A stretch of 32,000 bases of DNA from Promethearchaeota archaeon (GTDB lineage Archaea > Asgardarchaeota > Thorarchaeia > Thorarchaeales > Thorarchaeaceae), in the NCBI GenBank assembly GCA_027031765.1, contig JALVPN010000144.1, positions 9,374-41,373 of the forward strand, written 5' to 3'. A program made the position numbers and the translations under genes. Shown here piece by piece: positions 28,017 through 32,000 of this stretch (positions are counted from its first letter, which is position 1; each line of letters begins with the position of its first letter). The notes under the pieces are model-generated. The model saw only the letters and a program-made list of their open reading frames with translations, was not told the origin of the DNA and did not search any database.

Positions 28017-29825
28017 CTATGGCCCAGGAGTCGGGAGGACAGCGTCGAACTCTGAGAGCTCCTTGAGCAGCCTCTGGAACTCAAGGTCCATCTTTTCCTC
28101 AATCTTGTCCATTGTGTCCTCGAAGGAGTCCCAAGGTGCAATCTTCATCCGGGCGATGTTGTCAAGTACGCTGAACTCAAGGATTCGGCGCACGCTGGCG
28201 CCCATCTTCACGGCCTCGAACATCTTGCGAGAGAACTGGATGATGATGCGCAACATCCGGTAGGTCTTGCGGATTGGGCAGTACGTGTCAATCTCATGCA
28301 GGGCGCTCTGGGTCAGGAAGTCCTCCTTTATCATCCGTGCAGCCTCAAGGACTGCTCTCTCAGACTCGGGTAGTGCATCGGGCCCGACAAGTTGGACAAT
28401 CTCACGCAGTTCCTGGTCTTTCTGCAGGATTGCCATTGCCTCTCGTACTAGGTCGGGCCAGTCATCTCCCAAGTGTTCCCGGTGCCACTTCTCAAGGATG
28501 CCATGATACAACGAGTAGCTTGTTAGCGTATTGATGGCGGGGAAGAAGCGTCGTGCAGCAAGGTCTTTGTCGAGGGCCCAGAACACCTTCACGATGCGGA
28601 GGGTCGCCTGAGTCACAGGTTCGGAGAAGTCGCCACCAGGCGGAGAAACGGCCCCGCAGATTGTGACAGAGCCGACGCGGTTGTCAGAGCCGAGTGTCCG
28701 GACACGACCACCACGTTCATAGAACTGGGCCAGACGAGAGCCGAGGTAGGCCGGGTAGCCCTCTTCAGATGGCAACTGTCCAAGGCGGCCGGAAATCTCA
28801 CGGAGGGCCTCAGCCCACCGGGAGGTCGAGTCGGCCATGAGTGCAACGTCGAACCCCTGGTCACGGAAGTACTCGGCAATCGTGACGGCAACATAGATTG
28901 ACGCCTCACGTGCTGCCACAGGCATGTTCGATGTGTTGGCAATGAGAACCGTGCGTTCCATGAGGGGCTTTCCAGTAATGGGGTCTTTAAGTTCGGGCCA
29001 CTCTTCCAGTGCCTCTGTCATCTCGTTGCCGCGCTCACCGCACCCGACATAGACTACCACCTGCGCATCAGCCCACTTTGCAAACTGGTGCAGGGTCACG
29101 GTCTTGCCGGTACCAAAGCCCCCAGGGATGGCCCCAGTACCGCCCTTCGCCTGCGGCATGAACGTGTCAATCACTCGCTGTCCGGTTATCAGTGGGGTGT
29201 CAAGGGGCACACGCTCCTTGAAAGGACGACCGGTACGCACCGGGGTGCGCTGGAGCATTGTGACCTCGTGGACATCACCGTCTGAGCCGCGAATCCGGCA
29301 TATAGGCTCAACAATCGTATATTCCCCAGGCGATACAATCTCAACGACCTCACCCTCTACGCCCAGCGGGACGAGGATTTTCGAGGTTATGATGCCTGTT
29401 TCGGGCACCTCTCCCAAGATGTCACCCGGCACGACCTTACGGCCAACCTGCACACTCGGGGTAAACTCCCACTTCTTTGACCTGTCCAAGGCAGGGACAC
29501 TCAGACCGCGTGTGATGAAGTCGCCAGACATCTCCCGGAGTTTCGGGAGGGGACGCTGGATGCCGTCGAATATTGCGCCGAGGAGACCGGGGCCCAGTTC
29601 CACTGACAACGCGTCACCGGTCGCCACCACAGGCTCACCCGGTGCAATACCGGATGTCTCCTCATAGACCTGCACCGTGGCCTCGTCCTCAGCCACTTCT
29701 ATGACCTCGCCGACAAGGCCATCACGACCCACTCGTACGACCTCGTACATGCGGAGGCCGGGGAGGCCTCTGACCCTCACAACAGGGCCCGCGATACTCT
29801 CAATCTCGCCAGTATTCTCAGTCAT
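28017..29825 (-). CDS. atpA: A/V-type ATP synthase subunit A
   Basis: GGFGTGKT, GCGERGNE, ANTSNMPVAAREAS, ADSTSRWAEA, AVSPPGGDFSEPVTQ, FPAIN. No intein. Confidence 0.98.
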   Translation of the reverse strand: MTENTGEIESIAGPVVRVRGLPGLRMYEVVRVGRDGLVGEVIEVAEDEATVQVYEETSGIAPGEPVVATGDALSVELGPGLLGAIFDGIQRPLPKLREMSGDFITRGLSVPALDRSKKWEFTPSVQVGRKVVPGDILGEVPETGIITSKILVPLGVEGEVVEIVSPGEYTIVEPICRIRGSDGDVHEVTMLQRTPVRTGRPFKERVPLDTPLITGQRVIDTFMPQAKGGTGAIPGGFGTGKTVTLHQFAKWADAQVVVYVGCGERGNEMTEALEEWPELKDPITGKPLMERTVLIANTSNMPVAAREASIYVAVTIAEYFRDQGFDVALMADSTSRWAEALREISGRLGQLPSEEGYPAYLGSRLAQFYERGGRVRTLGSDNRVGSVTICGAVSPPGGDFSEPVTQATLRIVKVFWALDKDLAARRFFPAINTLTSYSLYHGILEKWHREHLGDDWPDLVREAMAILQKDQELREIVQLVGPDALPESERAVLEAARMIKEDFLTQSALHEIDTYCPIRKTYRMLRIIIQFSRKMFEAVKMGASVRRILEFSVLDNIARMKIAPWDSFEDTMDKIEEKMDLEFQRLLKELSEFDAVLPTPGP

Positions 29826-29849
29826 TATAGTCCGGACTCCAGAACTGAA

Positions 29850-30173
29850 CTAGATCTTGACCTCAATGCCCACCGCCCTGCGGATCAGCTCACGCACCAC
29901 ATGGTCATGAACACCGGTAGAACCGTCCCGGTCAGGGATTAACAGGATTACTGGGACTGGTGCCCGCGACAGTTCGAGGATTGTGTCCTCGACGGGCTCG
30001 GCAAGACGCTCGGTGATCAGTATGAGACCGACCCCGGGGTCTCTGAAGTAATCTACTAGACGACGTCGGGTCTCTTCAGGCGACTTGGGGACTGCAGACT
30101 CATGGACACCGGCCATCTTCAGTCCCACGACCGTATCCCGGTCGCCAATCACAGCAATCTTTGCTCCGACCAT
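29850..30173 (-). CDS. atpF: A/V-type ATP synthase subunit F
   Basis: KIAVIGDRDTVVGLKMAG, GLILITE, LIP, ELIRRAVG. Confidence 0.95.
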   Translation of the reverse strand: MVGAKIAVIGDRDTVVGLKMAGVHESAVPKSPEETRRRLVDYFRDPGVGLILITERLAEPVEDTILELSRAPVPVILLIPDRDGSTGVHDHVVRELIRRAVGIEVKI

Positions 30174-30246
30174 GGGGCCTCACATCAACACCAGAGTCTC
30201 GCGAGTCCACAGGGAATCCTCTAAAAACTGTTTCCAAGACACCCCT

Positions 30247-30738
30247 CTATGACGGGCCTGTCAGTTGTTCAATGATGTCCTCCTCTTCGACGAGGTTCCA
30301 ACAGTAGAGACACTTGAGGACAACTGGGAACCGGGACACTACTTGGTACTTTGCAACAATTGGCTCTCGTTCCTTATTCGTGATGCACCTTGGGTTGGGA
30401 CAGCGCACAACGTCGAAGATGGTATCGGGGAGTTTGACACGGGTCTTCTTCACAACCTCGGAGGCCTCAATGATGTTGATTGTCGCGTCTGGAGCGACGA
30501 GCGCAATCTTGGCGACCTCTGACTCTTCCAGTGTACGGTTCTCAATCTTGACTATGTCCTTGCTGCCAATCTTTGAGCTCGTGATGTTCATCGCAATGGT
30601 GACGATGTTGCCCTCTTTTCCGGTTATACCAAGTATCTTCAGCACTTCAAGAGCATGACCCGCACGTATGTGGTCGATTACAGTCCCATCCTTGATCTTT
30701 ACTATTCGGATCCCGCCCACTTTCTCTCGGTCGCTCAA
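30247..30738 (-). CDS. pyrI: Aspartate carbamoyltransferase regulatory subunit
   Basis: KIKDGTVIDHI, KDIVKIE, ALVAPDATINII, CPNPRCIT, CLYC. Confidence 0.97.
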   Translation of the reverse strand: MSDREKVGGIRIVKIKDGTVIDHIRAGHALEVLKILGITGKEGNIVTIAMNITSSKIGSKDIVKIENRTLEESEVAKIALVAPDATINIIEASEVVKKTRVKLPDTIFDVVRCPNPRCITNKEREPIVAKYQVVSRFPVVLKCLYCWNLVEEEDIIEQLTGPS

Positions 30739-30877
30739 ACCACTCGCACCACTGTGACCCTTGAGGGACGGCTTTTTAGGCGTTTTTGTGGGAGCGTGAC
30801 TGTCCAGCTCCCATCTGTCAGTCGCAAAGGTTGATATGTGCAACATAGGGAGCACACGCAGAGATGGTGATTGAGAA

Positions 30878-31849
30878 GTGGTCCTTGAACGTCTGGGGCG
30901 GTCGTTGAACTCGGCCCTGAAGAGGCTGTTTGGAGCCACCGTTGTCGATGAGGCGCTCGTGAAGGAGCTCGTACGTGACATCCAGAGGGCCCTCCTGCAG
31001 GCCGACGTAGATGTCACCCTTGTGATGGCAATCACTGAGAGAGTCCAGAAACAGGCACTGGACGAGACCCTGCCCCGGGGTGTTTCGCGGAGGGAGCACA
31101 TTGTCCGGGTGGTGTGGGACACGCTGGCGTATTTCCTTGGTGAGCGGCCAGTGCCACTCACCATAACGCCGGGCAAGCCGAACGTGGTCATGTTGGTCGG
31201 GATTCAGGGCTCAGGGAAGACCACGACAGCAGCAAAGCTTGCACGGTACTATCAGAAACGAGGGATAAAGACCGGGCTGATATGTGCAGACAATTTCAGG
31301 CCCGGAGCATACAGCCAGCTCAAGCAGCTAGCAGAGAGGTCGAACATCCCGTTCTGGGGGGACGAGGGTGAGAAGAACGCCGTGAAGCTCGCAAAGAAAG
31401 GCGTCGAGTACATGAAGAAGAAGGGCATAGAGCTGATTGTCCTTGACACGTCGGGGCGGCACCGTGAGGAGGCGGGGCTCATAAAGGAGATGAGAGATAT
31501 TGCACGTGCGGTCAGGCCCCAAGAGATAGTACTGGTCATCGATGGTACTCTGGGGCAGCAGGCAGGGGCCCAAGCAAGGGCATTCAAGGCAGCGACCGAC
31601 ATCGGCTCCATAATAGTGACCAAACTTGATGGCAGTGCGAAGGGAGGCGGTGCGCTGTCAGCAGTGGCGGCCACACAGGCCCCAATCAAGTTCATAGGGA
31701 CAGGGGAGCGGATGGACGCCATCGAGCCGTTCAACCCCACGAAGTTCGTCGGCAGACTGCTCGGGATGTCTGACATCAGGGGCCTAATCGAGAAAGTGCG
31801 GGAGGCCCAGATTGAAGTCGATGAAGACGCTGCAAAACGCTTCATCAGA
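30878..31849 (+). CDS. srp54: Signal recognition particle protein Srp54, truncated before most of the M domain
   Basis: [49 protein letters not shown]54-like sequence stops at about codon 324 (AAKRFIR), and the ORF then runs into unrelated sequence to 31924. Confidence 0.93.
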
Positions 31850-32000
31850 GAATCAGCATTGCGTCGCCGTAACTTAAAAATCTGTATTTGTTTTTCAACG
31901 CGGTTTTATACGCTTTCATCGTAAAATCGTAACCGGCGAACGCCGCCACCAACATCAACAATGTCGATTCCGGCTGATGGAAATTGGTAATCAGTTTTTT
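31845..32000 (-). CDS. queA: 3' fragment of bacterial S-adenosylmethionine:tRNA ribosyltransferase-isomerase (not in ORF track)
   Basis: Minus strand from 32000 reads [51 protein letters not shown] (TGA 31845-31847), the QueA C-terminal signature. Confidence 0.93.
   Translation of the reverse strand, partial: KKLITNFHQPESTLLMLVAAFAGYDFTMKAYKTALKNKYRFLSYGDAMLIL

Overview
GC-rich archaeal chromosomal segment. Most likely Asgard (Thorarchaeia-like), inferred from gene content and not proven. Left end (1-5440): an accessory block with a solute-binding/His-kinase-like sensor with a degenerate ATP site, a methyltransferase, and a decaying redox island. The island holds a frameshifted reductive dehalogenase carrying an N-terminal RLI-like Fe-S domain, an intact stand-alone PAS protein, a frameshifted 2[4Fe-4S] ferredoxin absent from the ORF track, and a multiply frameshifted acyl-CoA dehydrogenase. 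Middle: unknown membrane proteins, an RNase Z-like MBL hydrolase, a short bacterial-type AlaRS, a C2HC-zinc-finger/Regnase-like NYN nuclease behind a stem-rich intergenic region, an FAD oxidoreductase, a phosphoesterase, an ArsB/NhaD-type transporter, ahcY divergent from a tandem Lrp/AsnC regulator, and a GT-C-like membrane protein. Right: intact housekeeping genes (ribL, cdc48 with an apparent CTG start, EF-1beta, HVO_2753-like zinc finger, fen1, RPA32-like, aIF2beta, DUF424, NifB/NifX, UDG, A-type ATPase F and A only, pyrI, srp54). srp54 breaks off at about 31849 and is joined tail-to-tail with the 3' end of a bacterial queA gene, most likely an assembly chimera. No tRNA, rRNA, CRISPR array or transposase was recognised.
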